DNA from: an uncultured Verrucomicrobiota bacterium
Lineage (GTDB): Bacteria > Verrucomicrobiota > Kiritimatiellia > CAZCOO01
Direction: 5' to 3'
DNA length: 46,846 nt
Assembly: GCA_964500395.1 (NCBI GenBank)
Contig: CAZCOO010000002.1
Location: 1-46,846, forward strand
A model generated the notes under the pieces. That model had not been told where the DNA came from, searched no databases, and saw nothing but the letters and a program-made list of their open reading frames with translations. This document shows, piece after piece, positions 9,535 through 20,967 of this stretch (its first letter is position 1; the number at the start of each line of letters is the position of its first letter). Made by a program: the position numbers and the translations under genes.

Positions 9535-10026
9535 ATGGTGTTTTGCCTCAGGATCATGCTTATGAACGTTATGCACGCAACACCCGGGCTGCGGCGTCTC
9601 GTCGGCGTGGCCGCGCTGGTCGGGACGGCCCTGTGCCCGTCGTTTGCCCAGGACGAGGCCGGGCAGACCCTCCGCGGATTCCAGGTGCCCGAGTACGATG
9701 AGGACATGAACATGACCTCCCAGCTCTTCGGGGATGTCGCCACCCTGCGCGCAGACGGACGGGTGGAGATCCAGAACCTGAAGCTGGAATACTACAATGA
9801 TGAGGGCGACATCACGCTCCGGGTCAAATCCCCCCGCTGTCTCTACAACCGCAGCAGCAAACAGGCCGAATCGGAGGCGGATGTGCGCATCACCCGGGAA
9901 GACCTCGTGGTCACCGGCGAGGGGTACAGTTTTGATGCCGAAAACCAGACCTTTCACATTCAGCGGGACGCCAAGGTCGTGCTGCGAAATGTCGATTTGT
10001 CGATCGAATCAGGAGATAGCCCATGA
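9535..10026 (+). CDS. lptC: LPS export system protein LptC-like
   Basis: N-terminal anchor/signal (LRRLVGVAALVGTALCPSFAQ) followed by a beta-jellyroll-like pattern (LEYYNDEGDITLRVKSPRCLYN...VVTGEGYSFDAENQTFHIQRDAKVVL). It sits directly upstream of lptA-lptB. The start is ambiguous (9505, 9535, 9562 or 9571). Confidence 0.6.
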   Translation: MVFCLRIMLMNVMHATPGLRRLVGVAALVGTALCPSFAQDEAGQTLRGFQVPEYDEDMNMTSQLFGDVATLRADGRVEIQNLKLEYYNDEGDITLRVKSPRCLYNRSSKQAESEADVRITREDLVVTGEGYSFDAENQTFHIQRDAKVVLRNVDLSIESGDSP

Positions 10027-10526
10027 ACCTTCCCCGTTTTGACCGGACCGTCCTCTTTCTCGTGCTTTTGCTGTGCGCCCCCGGGCTCCCCGCAGGCGCC
10101 CAGGACGCAGATGAAGGCAGCGTGACCGTCATCACCTCCGAAAAACTCACGTTTGACCAGGACGAAAACCATGCGGTGTTCGAGGAAAATGTGGTGGTGG
10201 ACGATGCCCGCATGCGCCTGACCACGGATCTGCTGACGGTGTTTTTTACCGAGGACGGGGACGCCGAACGGGTGGAGGCCCGCGGCGCCGTGCATATCGA
10301 GCAGGGCGAAAAGCAGGCCTGGGCCGGGGAGGCCGACTACGATATCGAAAGCGGGGAAATCGAGTTGCGGGACAACCCCCGGGTCCGGCAGGGCCGCGAC
10401 ATGCTCTCCGGCGAGACCATTCGGTTCTTCCGGGACGAAAACAAAATGATTTGCGAGCCCCGCGCCCGGCTGGTACTCTACCCCGATACGGGACGCGACC
10501 CCAATCGATTGCGAATTGGAGAGTAA
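10023..10526 (+). CDS. lptA: LPS transport periplasmic protein LptA (OstA-like)
   Basis: Signal peptide, then OstA-type repeats (VITSEKLTFDQDENHAVFEENVVVDD...AWAGEADYDIESGEIELRDNPRVRQG). ATGA overlap with lptC. Confidence 0.75.
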   Translation: MNLPRFDRTVLFLVLLLCAPGLPAGAQDADEGSVTVITSEKLTFDQDENHAVFEENVVVDDARMRLTTDLLTVFFTEDGDAERVEARGAVHIEQGEKQAWAGEADYDIESGEIELRDNPRVRQGRDMLSGETIRFFRDENKMICEPRARLVLYPDTGRDPNRLRIGE

Positions 10527-10528
10527 GT

Positions 10529-11263
10529 GTGGAGGAAAATGGAGCCCTGATCCGGACCGACGAACTGGCCAAGGTCTACCACGGTCGCCGGGTCGTAAAC
10601 GGCGTTAATCTCAACGTCAACCGGGGGGAGATTGTCGGTCTGCTCGGCCCGAATGGAGCGGGGAAAACGACGAGCTTCTACATGATCGTAGGGCTGGTTC
10701 CCCCCTCGGAGGGCGATGTATTCTTCAATGACCGCCCGATTACGGGCATGCCCATGTACAAGAGGGCCCGGCTCGGCATGGGGTACCTCTCCCAGGAGCC
10801 CTCGATTTTCCGCAGTCTGACTGTCGAGGAAAACATCCTCGCCATCCTGGAAACGCTCCCGCTCTCCTCGGCCGACCGCCGCGAACGCCTGGAATTTCTC
10901 CTCGATGAGTTGAAGATCAGCCACCTGGCCCGCCAGAAGGCGTACACCCTCAGCGGGGGGGAGCGCCGGCGCCTGGAGATCACCCGCGCGCTGGTCACCA
11001 GCCCGTCCGTGATCCTGCTCGACGAGCCCTTCAGCGGGGTGGACCCCCTGGCCGTCTACGACGTGCAGCAGATCATTATTGAACTCAAGGAGAGGGGTCT
11101 GGGTATTCTGATAACAGACCACAACGTTCGGGAGACGCTCGCCGTGGTGGACCGGGCCTACCTGATTTGCGAAGGAAAAGTATTGCGGGAGGGAACCAGT
11201 TCCTTCCTGATCAACGACGAAGTGAGCCGGGAGCTCTATCTGGGTCCCCGGTTCAGCATGTAA
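10529..11263 (+). CDS. lptB: LPS export ABC transporter ATP-binding protein
   Basis: Walker A GPNGAGKTT, signature LSGGERRRLEI, Walker B ILLDEPFSGVDP. GTG 10529 is preceded by GGAG (10518-10521). The track ATG at 10451 would overlap lptA by 76 nt. Confidence 0.92.
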   Translation: MEENGALIRTDELAKVYHGRRVVNGVNLNVNRGEIVGLLGPNGAGKTTSFYMIVGLVPPSEGDVFFNDRPITGMPMYKRARLGMGYLSQEPSIFRSLTVEENILAILETLPLSSADRRERLEFLLDELKISHLARQKAYTLSGGERRRLEITRALVTSPSVILLDEPFSGVDPLAVYDVQQIIIELKERGLGILITDHNVRETLAVVDRAYLICEGKVLREGTSSFLINDEVSRELYLGPRFSM

Positions 11264-11279
11264 CCAGAGGAGGCGCACG

Positions 11280-11642
11280 ATGCAGATAAGTGTGACCGGA
11301 AGACATCTCGATATCACCGACGCCATTCGCAATCACGCCCTGGACAAGATCCAGCACGATTTTGCTCCCTTTACCCGCATCGAGCACGTGCGGGTGATCC
11401 TCGATATCGAGAAGCACCGGCGCCGGGCGGAAGTCATCGTCCAGGGGAAAAATCATCTGCATGCAGAGGCCCTGGAGGAGTCCGACGAGATGTATGCCTC
11501 CATCGACCGGGCGGTGGAGAAGGTCGCCAAACAACTGCGCCGCGCGCGGGACAAAAAACAGAACCACAAGTCCCGGGAGAAGCTCGCGGACGTGGAATAC
11601 GCGGTCTCCCAGCGAGAGCAAGCCAACGAAGAACCCGTCTGA
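11280..11642 (+). CDS. hpf: ribosome hibernation promoting factor (short HPF/RaiA family)
   Basis: MQISVTGRHLDITDAIRNHALDKI...EMYASIDRAVEKVAKQLRR is the classic sigma-54 modulation/HPF fold signature. A strong AGAGGAGG lies upstream. Confidence 0.9.
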   Translation: MQISVTGRHLDITDAIRNHALDKIQHDFAPFTRIEHVRVILDIEKHRRRAEVIVQGKNHLHAEALEESDEMYASIDRAVEKVAKQLRRARDKKQNHKSREKLADVEYAVSQREQANEEPV

Positions 11643-11666
11643 ATCAATCCCCCCGGACCCTCCCCC

Positions 11667-12626
11667 ATGGCCGAACAACATGCGAAATCCCCGGTGACGG
11701 TGCAGGAATTCCTGGATGTCGGACAGGAACGGCTGCAGGTCGAGGTCGTGGCCGGAAAGGACTCGGTGGGGAATATCATCCGCGAAGGCTCTTTGAACCG
11801 GCCGGGGTTGGCGCTGGCCGGGTTTTTCCAATATTTTGCCCACCGGCGTATCCAGGTCATCGGGCTCGCCGAATTGAGCTACCTGAAAAGCCTTTCGGAG
11901 GCCAACCGGAATGCCCGCGTGCGGAGGCTGTTTGAGAGCCAGATTCCCTGCGTCGTGGTCACCCGCAACCGGCATGCCCCCAGCGGCATGGCGGAATTGT
12001 CGGAATCCTTCGGCGTTCCGCTTCTGCGCACCTCCATGATCACCATGAACTTCATCAACGAAGGAACGATCATCCTGGAGAGCCTGATGAGCCCCCGCGT
12101 CCGCACGCAGGGCACCATGGTGGATATCCAGGGGATCGGCGTGCTGATCGAGGGCGAGCCGGGCATCGGGAAGAGCGAGACGGCCCTGGCCCTGATTGAA
12201 CGCAGCCACAGCCTGGTGTCGGATGATGTGACCATTCTGCGGAAAAGCAGCGCCGGGACCGTGGTGGGGGAAGCCGTGGCCGTGACCCGGTACCATATGG
12301 AAATTCGCGGGATGGGCATCATCCACGTGCCGAGCCTGTTCGGCGTGGCCTCCATGCGGGACTCCAAGCGGCTGGATGTCATCATCCGGCTGGTGCCCGC
12401 GGACCCGGGCACGGAACTGGACCGGACGGGCCTCATGCCCCGCATGCGGAATGTCCTGGGGACATCGATTCCCTGCCTCACGCTGCCGGTGGGACCGGGA
12501 CGGGATATTGCGCACTTGATCGAAGTGGCCGCTTTGAACCATAAATTAAAGCAGCTTGGCCACGACGCGGCCAAGGAACTGGATGAAAAGCTGGTACAGA
12601 TCCTTTCGAGAAAGGGGCACGAATGA
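11667..12626 (+). CDS. hprK: HPr kinase/phosphorylase
   Basis: P-loop GEPGIGKSETALALIERSHSLVSDD, GVLIEG motif and a size of 319 aa. Confidence 0.92.
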   Translation: MAEQHAKSPVTVQEFLDVGQERLQVEVVAGKDSVGNIIREGSLNRPGLALAGFFQYFAHRRIQVIGLAELSYLKSLSEANRNARVRRLFESQIPCVVVTRNRHAPSGMAELSESFGVPLLRTSMITMNFINEGTIILESLMSPRVRTQGTMVDIQGIGVLIEGEPGIGKSETALALIERSHSLVSDDVTILRKSSAGTVVGEAVAVTRYHMEIRGMGIIHVPSLFGVASMRDSKRLDVIIRLVPADPGTELDRTGLMPRMRNVLGTSIPCLTLPVGPGRDIAHLIEVAALNHKLKQLGHDAAKELDEKLVQILSRKGHE

Positions 12627-12931
12627 GCGCCCGGGATAAGCAACAGAAAAAGCAGGACGGCGCATCCGTGAGCCGGGACATGACCATACGGAACCAGTAC
12701 GGCATGCACGCCCGTCCCGCTGCGCTGCTGGTGAAGACCGCGGCCCAGTACCAGAGTGAAATTACGATTGAGCACAAGGGAGTCGAAGTCTCGGCCAAGT
12801 CGATCATGGGTCTTCTGACTATTGAAGGCCACAGCGGGGCTGTGGTAAAAATGTCGGCCCAGGGACCGGATGCCGAAGACGCTCTGAATGCCATTGAAGA
12901 GCTCTTCGAAAACAATTTCTTCGAGGACTGA
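12623..12931 (+). CDS. ptsH: phosphocarrier protein HPr
   Basis: His15 region YGMHARPAA and Ser46 region SAKSIMGLL are both present. ATG 12623 overlaps the hprK stop (ATGA). An alternative start is at 12680. Confidence 0.85.
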   Translation: MSARDKQQKKQDGASVSRDMTIRNQYGMHARPAALLVKTAAQYQSEITIEHKGVEVSAKSIMGLLTIEGHSGAVVKMSAQGPDAEDALNAIEELFENNFFED

Positions 12932-12933
12932 CC

Positions 12934-14727
12934 GTGGCCGACTCCCCATCCCACGATGAACCGACTGCCGGCACGCAGGAGGTAATCCTGAAAGGCACCG
13001 GCGTCGCCGCCGGCGTCGTCGTGGGGACGGCTTTTACCCTGACCAGCGATGAAGACACCATCGTGGAGCGGGAGATCGCCGAAGAGGAAATCCCGCGCGA
13101 AGTCGCCCGGCTCGAAGACGCCCTGATCGCCACCCGCAAGCAGCTCCACTCCATCCAGCAGCGGGTGAGCGAGGCCATCGGGCAGGACAACGCCAGTATA
13201 TTCGATGCCCACCTGCTCGTGGTGGACGACCGGTCGCTGGTGGAAGAAGTCATTCGCACCCTCCACGAGCGCAAGCTCAATGTCGACGCGGTTCTGAAAC
13301 TCGTCACGGAAAAGTACGCCCAGGCCCTGATGCGCGTGGACGACGACTACCTCCGCGAACGGGCGGCGGACGTGCGGGACGTGTCGCGGCGCATCCTCCG
13401 CAACCTGGCGGGGGAGAGCACGGAGGCCCTGGCCAGCCTGGAAGAACCGTGCATCATCGTGGCCCACGACCTGGCCCCGTCGGATACCGCCTCGCTCGAC
13501 AAAGACAAGGTCATCGGCCTGGCGACGGACCTGGGCAGCCCGACCTCTCATACCGCCATCATGGCGCGGGCCCTGGAAATCCCCGCCGTGCTGGGTCTGC
13601 ACGATGTCAGCACCCGGGTCAGTTCGGGAGATACCCTGCTGATCGATGGAAACAAGGGCGTCTTTATCATTCACCCGTCCCCGGAAAAGCTGTCCGAGTA
13701 CGGGACGCTGGCCCAGGAGCGGCAGAGCATCCAGTCCGAGCTGGCCAATCTGCGGGAGCGGCCCGCGGAGACCTCCGACGGGTACAATGTCATTCTTTCG
13801 GCCAACATCGAGCTGCCCACCGATGTGGATGCCGTCCTGTCGCACGGGGCGCGGGGGGTGGGCCTGTACCGCACGGAATTTCTGTTTTTGTCCCAGAACA
13901 GCCTGCCCAACGAAGACGAGCAGGCCAAGGTCTACTCGGATGTCGCATCCCGTCTCGAGCCGGACCCCGTGATTATCCGCACCCTCGACCTCGGCGGGGA
14001 TAAATTCCTCTCCCAGATCAGAATCCCGGAGGAGTTAAACCCCTTCATGGGCTGGCGCGCCATCCGCTTCTGCCTCGCTCAACCCGAGATTTTCAAGACT
14101 CAGCTCCGGGCGATTCTGCGGGCCAGCGTGCATGAGAACGTGCAAATCATGTACCCCATGATCAGCAATGTAAACGAGGTCCTGCAGGCCAACCAGATGC
14201 TCGAAGAAGCCAAACAGGAACTCCGCGAACGGGGGGAGGCGTTCAATGAGAATATCGACGTGGGCGTTATGATCGAGGTGCCCTCGGCCGCGCTCACGGC
14301 GGACCTCATTGCCCCGCATGTGAACTTCTTCAGCCTGGGGACCAATGACCTCGTGCAGTACACCCTGGCCGTGGACCGGGTGAATGAACGGGTGTCGGAC
14401 CTGTATCAGCCCACCCATCCGGCGATTATCAAGTTGATCCAAACCACTATCGACGTGGGGCATCAACACGGGATCTGGACGGGCATTTGCGGCGAGATGG
14501 CCGCCGATCCTCTGCTCGTTCCACTGTTGGTGGGGCTCGGCGTCGATGAACTCAGTGTAAGTCCGACGGCGGTCCCGATGGTGAAGGATGTCATCCGCAA
14601 CCTTCGTTATTCGCAGGCGGAGGACCTGGCCGGCCGGATCGACCGGTTCTCCGACAGCGACGACCTCCGCAGCCAATGCCGCGGCCTGATCGAGGAAATC
14701 GCACCGGAAATTCTTGAACTTGTCTGA
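12934..14727 (+). CDS. ptsI: phosphoenolpyruvate-protein phosphotransferase (PTS enzyme I)
   Basis: GSPTSHTAIMARALEIPAV (phospho-His region), GLYRTEFLF and SLGTNDLVQY motifs. GTG start 2 nt after the ptsH stop. Confidence 0.93.
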   Translation: MADSPSHDEPTAGTQEVILKGTGVAAGVVVGTAFTLTSDEDTIVEREIAEEEIPREVARLEDALIATRKQLHSIQQRVSEAIGQDNASIFDAHLLVVDDRSLVEEVIRTLHERKLNVDAVLKLVTEKYAQALMRVDDDYLRERAADVRDVSRRILRNLAGESTEALASLEEPCIIVAHDLAPSDTASLDKDKVIGLATDLGSPTSHTAIMARALEIPAVLGLHDVSTRVSSGDTLLIDGNKGVFIIHPSPEKLSEYGTLAQERQSIQSELANLRERPAETSDGYNVILSANIELPTDVDAVLSHGARGVGLYRTEFLFLSQNSLPNEDEQAKVYSDVASRLEPDPVIIRTLDLGGDKFLSQIRIPEELNPFMGWRAIRFCLAQPEIFKTQLRAILRASVHENVQIMYPMISNVNEVLQANQMLEEAKQELRERGEAFNENIDVGVMIEVPSAALTADLIAPHVNFFSLGTNDLVQYTLAVDRVNERVSDLYQPTHPAIIKLIQTTIDVGHQHGIWTGICGEMAADPLLVPLLVGLGVDELSVSPTAVPMVKDVIRNLRYSQAEDLAGRIDRFSDSDDLRSQCRGLIEEIAPEILELV

Positions 14728-14847
14728 CGGCTCCGTACTATCTCAGCCCGCAGTTCGCGAAGCTCGCCGCCCGGGTTCTGCAGGCCGGGACCCGTCGGGG
14801 CCTTCCGAACCGGCTGTAACCATCCACGACACGAGGAAACGATCACC

Positions 14848-16023
14848 ATGAGTTCGAGCAAACAGAGCCTTTTCACATCCGAATCGGTCACCGAAGGCCA
14901 TCCCGACAAAATGTGCGACGGCATTTCCGATGCCGTTCTGGATGCCGCCCTGGCGGGAGACCCGCACAGCCGCGTCGCCTGCGAAACGCTCGTCACGACG
15001 GGAATGGTGGTGATCGCCGGCGAAATTACCACCGAATCGGACGTGAACTACGCCGATATCGCCCGGGACAAAGTGAAGAAAATCGGATACGTCGACTCCT
15101 CCATGGGCTTTGATGCCGCCACCTGTGCCGTGCTCGTGTCCCTCGACGCCCAGTCGCCGGATATCTCCCAGGGAGTGACCTCGGGGAAGGGCCGCTTCCG
15201 CGAGCAGGGGGCCGGCGACCAGGGAATGATGTTCGGCTATGCCTGCGACGAGACCCCCGAATTGATGCCGATGCCGATCATGTTGTCACACCGGCTGACC
15301 CGCGGATTGGCCAAAGCGCGCCGGAGCAAGCGTCTGCCCTTCCTCCGTCCGGACGGCAAGTCCCAGGTCAGCGTTGTGTACGAGGACGGCAAGCCCGTCC
15401 GGATCGATACCATCGTGGTCTCCACCCAGCACACCCCGGATGTGAAGAGCAAGGAATTGGAACAGGGGGTCATCGAGGAAGTCATCAGGAAGAATGTCCC
15501 CGCCCGGTTCATCGACAAGAAGACCCGCTTCCTCGTCAATCCGACGGGGCGGTTTGTGGTCGGCGGGCCGCAGGGAGATTGCGGCCTCACCGGCCGAAAA
15601 ATCATCGTGGATACCTACGGCGGCATGGGGCGCCACGGGGGCGGGGCGTTTTCGGGGAAGGATCCCTCGAAGGTCGATCGCAGCGCCGCCTACATGTCCC
15701 GCTACATCGCCAAGAATATTGTCGCGGCAAAACTGGCCCGCCGCTGTGAGGTGCAGCTCGCCTATGCCATCGGTTATCCGGAACCGGTGTCGGTCCTGGT
15801 GGACACCTTCGGCACCGGGACCGCGGACGACCGGGTGATTGAAAAGGCGGTCCGGGCCGTGTTCGGCCTCAGGCCCGCGGAGATCGTGGAACAACTCGAC
15901 CTGCTTCGCCCGATTTACGAGTCGACCTCGGCCTACGGTCACTTCGGACGCACGAAGGAACTCGAGTCCTTCACCTGGGAGCGAAAAGACCGCGCGGACG
16001 ATCTGAAGAACGCCGTTTCCTGA
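14848..16023 (+). CDS. metK: S-adenosylmethionine synthetase
   Basis: [35 protein letters not shown] and [19 protein letters not shown] motifs. Confidence 0.95.
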   Translation: MSSSKQSLFTSESVTEGHPDKMCDGISDAVLDAALAGDPHSRVACETLVTTGMVVIAGEITTESDVNYADIARDKVKKIGYVDSSMGFDAATCAVLVSLDAQSPDISQGVTSGKGRFREQGAGDQGMMFGYACDETPELMPMPIMLSHRLTRGLAKARRSKRLPFLRPDGKSQVSVVYEDGKPVRIDTIVVSTQHTPDVKSKELEQGVIEEVIRKNVPARFIDKKTRFLVNPTGRFVVGGPQGDCGLTGRKIIVDTYGGMGRHGGGAFSGKDPSKVDRSAAYMSRYIAKNIVAAKLARRCEVQLAYAIGYPEPVSVLVDTFGTGTADDRVIEKAVRAVFGLRPAEIVEQLDLLRPIYESTSAYGHFGRTKELESFTWERKDRADDLKNAVS

Positions 16024-16141
16024 CCCCCTTCGTCCTTCCGCGGACGACAACGCGCAGGGACGGGCCGAAATCCGGGGGGAAACGGGTTGACAGGGGCAGG
16101 GGGCATCGTACCTTTCCGCGTACTCTCACAAGGAGGGGCGT

Positions 16142-16792
16142 ATGCAAACCCTGGACGAAATGAATCAGGCGATCGATTCGCTCGTCAATCAACACTACTA
16201 CAGCGAAGACTTTGAACTGGAAGCGGCGATGCGGGCCTTTTACGAGCGCCTGTCGGATCACGAACAGGCCGTGTGCCACCAGGCCCTGATCGAGCGCCTG
16301 CGCGTGGATCCCTCCATTCTCACCGTTTCGCTCTGCTCCCAGATTCCCATCCCCGAGGCGGCCCCGCTGCTGGCGTCGGCTCTGAACGGGGAGAAGACCA
16401 GTTCGCAGCGAACGCGGTCCATCATGGCCGCTCTCCGGCACTACGACGATGCACATTCCTTCACCGCGGTCGAACGCTTCCTGGAGTCCGATCAGGAGCC
16501 GGAGGCCCTGCAGCAGTTGGCCCGCATCGACTTCAACCGGGTTCGACCCCACCTGATGCGGGCCATGACGCGCCCGCACCTGCATCCCTTCTGTCTCCAG
16601 ATTTTTCATGAGCAACGAAAACGGGGCGGGCTCGAGGCGTTGGCCGACACCCTCGCTTCATGGGCTGCGCCGGACCCGGAGACGTTTGAAATGAGGTTGC
16701 GGGACGTACTCTCCTGCAAAAAAGGTGACTACAACCCCTTTTCCATCGAAGAGCAGCAGACCCTGTTGCGGGCTGTGCATCCACAGGCCTGA
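16142..16792 (+). CDS. hypothetical alpha-helical (HEAT-like) protein
   Basis: Strong AAGGAGG lies 7 nt upstream of the ATG. The frame is GC3-rich and the composition is helical-repeat-like. No family recognised. Confidence 0.55.
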   Translation: MQTLDEMNQAIDSLVNQHYYSEDFELEAAMRAFYERLSDHEQAVCHQALIERLRVDPSILTVSLCSQIPIPEAAPLLASALNGEKTSSQRTRSIMAALRHYDDAHSFTAVERFLESDQEPEALQQLARIDFNRVRPHLMRAMTRPHLHPFCLQIFHEQRKRGGLEALADTLASWAAPDPETFEMRLRDVLSCKKGDYNPFSIEEQQTLLRAVHPQA

Positions 16793-16806
16793 CCGGCGGC
16801 GGGCGG

Positions 16807-19237
<2,431 letters not shown>

Positions 19238-19300
19238 ACGGGTCAGTACACTGTCTGCGGTTCGGGTACAAAACGCTATCACCTCCGGCCTGGCAGCGCC

Positions 19301-20221
19301 ATGATCAAACACGCAATACGCCTGACAATCCTTCTTTTCGCCCTCGGCCCCATGGCAGACATCGGCCGACCCGGCGACTTGCAGACTTTCACCAATGTCA
19401 CCCTGGTCGCCAATGAAGACGTCAATGACGGCGACAGCTTTCTGGCCGATCTGGGTGATCGGAAAATCCACGCCCGCCTTTATTTTGTGGATTGCCCGGA
19501 GACACGCGTCCAGTCGGAGGCGGACATTCGGCGGGTGCAGGAGCAGCAGCGCTATTTCGGCCTGCCGGATGAACGGCTGGTCATTCATTACGGCGAAAAG
19601 GCCGCGTCGTTTACCACCAACCGGCTCGCAGACCCGTTCACCGTGCATACCAGCTTCGCGTCCGCGCTCGGACGGTCGCCCATGGGCCGTGTGTATGTCT
19701 TTGTGACGACAGCGGAGGGCCGGGACCTCGGCCGGCTCCTGGTCCGGGAAGGGTTTGCGCGCGCTCACGGGGTGGGGCGGGCAGGGCCGGAGGGCACTCA
19801 CCGGGATGAATGGAAGCAGCAGCTCGAAGACCTGGAAGTCGCTGCCGCGCACGGCAACCGGGGGATATGGGCGGACACGGATTCAGACCAACTCGCGACC
19901 CTGCGGGCCCTGCAGAGGCGGGAGGAAAACCAGTTGGACCGGATCCGGGATGAACTGCTCGGGCTGGCTGATATCGACTATCCGCTCAATGTAAACACCA
20001 GCACAATCGAAGAGCTGCAGACCATCCGGGGCATAGGGCCCGTGCTCGCCGGGCGAATCATAGAGAATCGCCCATACTCCAATTACCACGACCTCTCCCG
20101 CGTCAGTGGAATCGGCGGACAAAGCCTGAGCGAATGGGAAAACCTGCTCACTACGGACCCGCCTGAAGACAACCCGGCGGGGTCCTCTTCAGAGGATCAC
20201 GGATCAGGGCCGAAACCCTGA
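19301..20221 (+). CDS. secreted thermonuclease (SNase-like) fused to ComEA-type helix-hairpin-helix DNA-binding domain
   Basis: Signal peptide present. SNase motifs VNDGDSF...HARLYFVDCPE...GRVYVF...LVREGFAR. The C-terminal LNVNTSTIEELQTIRGIGPVLAGRIIENRPYSNYHDLSRVSGIGGQSL is ComEA-like tandem HhH. Confidence 0.75.
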   Translation: MIKHAIRLTILLFALGPMADIGRPGDLQTFTNVTLVANEDVNDGDSFLADLGDRKIHARLYFVDCPETRVQSEADIRRVQEQQRYFGLPDERLVIHYGEKAASFTTNRLADPFTVHTSFASALGRSPMGRVYVFVTTAEGRDLGRLLVREGFARAHGVGRAGPEGTHRDEWKQQLEDLEVAAAHGNRGIWADTDSDQLATLRALQRREENQLDRIRDELLGLADIDYPLNVNTSTIEELQTIRGIGPVLAGRIIENRPYSNYHDLSRVSGIGGQSLSEWENLLTTDPPEDNPAGSSSEDHGSGPKP

Positions 20222-20291
20222 CCCGGCGGAAAGGGCTTCTGCCCCGGGGACGGGTAGATTCTGTTGCGGTGTGCGCATCCTGGCGATTCGA

Positions 20292-20867
20292 TTACCACTC
20301 CGTCTGCAGTTGGATCCCGGTCATGCCGGAGGCCTCATCGGTGTCACCGCTCCGGATGATCCAGAAGGTTTCGCCGGCCAGTCCGACCTCGACTCGTTCC
20401 AGCGAAAAGGTTCCATCCGCCGCCTGGTGGGAAACGGATGACTTCACGGTCGGCAGAGGGGTGCCCCCCGCCTCGCTGTCCAGCATCCCCAGACGTTCGA
20501 GGTTTTTCCCGCGCAGGGTGAACGAGTAGACGGCGTCCCGCGATGCATTCGTTGCCGCCTCGGGACTGACCAGCAGGGGAACGCCAAGGGTGGCCGCTCT
20601 CTCCACGATGTCCCGGTGACTCTCCAACCATGCGGGGTCAATGTCTGACTCCCGAATGAGAATGGCGTCGACGACTCCGGTCGGGGCGTGGAGGGGCCGA
20701 TTGGTGCCGGAAGGGGGGTGCTCGGAAAACGCCTCGGCCCGGGCCCGGTAGTAGTCGAGCACCCGGATTTCGCGGGTGGGGGCATTGGTCGCGCCCCACG
20801 CCCCCGCGAGAGGAACCAGGGCGGCCGCGATGGCCAGCAGTCTTGGTATTGTGAGCGGGTTCATCAT
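20292..20867 (-). CDS. hypothetical secreted protein
   Basis: Signal peptide (LLAIAAALVPLAGAWG) and GC3-rich frame. The C-terminus is ...GIQLQTEW (terminal aromatic residue). No family recognised. Start at 20867, 20864 or 20885 (GTG). Confidence 0.5.
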   Translation of the reverse strand: MMNPLTIPRLLAIAAALVPLAGAWGATNAPTREIRVLDYYRARAEAFSEHPPSGTNRPLHAPTGVVDAILIRESDIDPAWLESHRDIVERAATLGVPLLVSPEAATNASRDAVYSFTLRGKNLERLGMLDSEAGGTPLPTVKSSVSHQAADGTFSLERVEVGLAGETFWIIRSGDTDEASGMTGIQLQTEW

Positions 20868-20967
20868 TCCCTTTGTATGTACCACAGGAAAGGGAGAATG
20901 AAAGGCGGGGCAGACAATTCGCGGGATGGGCTGAGCGCCCGCTCAATCTTTATGGTATTGTGCCCGA

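Noticed and set aside
16087-16114. TTGACA-16-TACCTT upstream of the hypothetical gene at 16142
   Set aside because: The -35 is perfect, but the -10 is poor (TACCTT). I left it unannotated as a feature.
16539-16548. GGTTCGACC, a tRNA T-loop-like motif
   Set aside because: It lies inside a GC3-rich CDS (16142-16792). I could draw no flanking acceptor, D or anticodon stems. I found no tRNA anywhere in the window by eye.
19238-19852. N-terminal 205 codons of the 350-aa ORF 18800..19852
   Set aside because: Only the last 145 codons form a coherent VanZ membrane protein. The extension is antisense to the SNase-ComEA gene and has junk composition.
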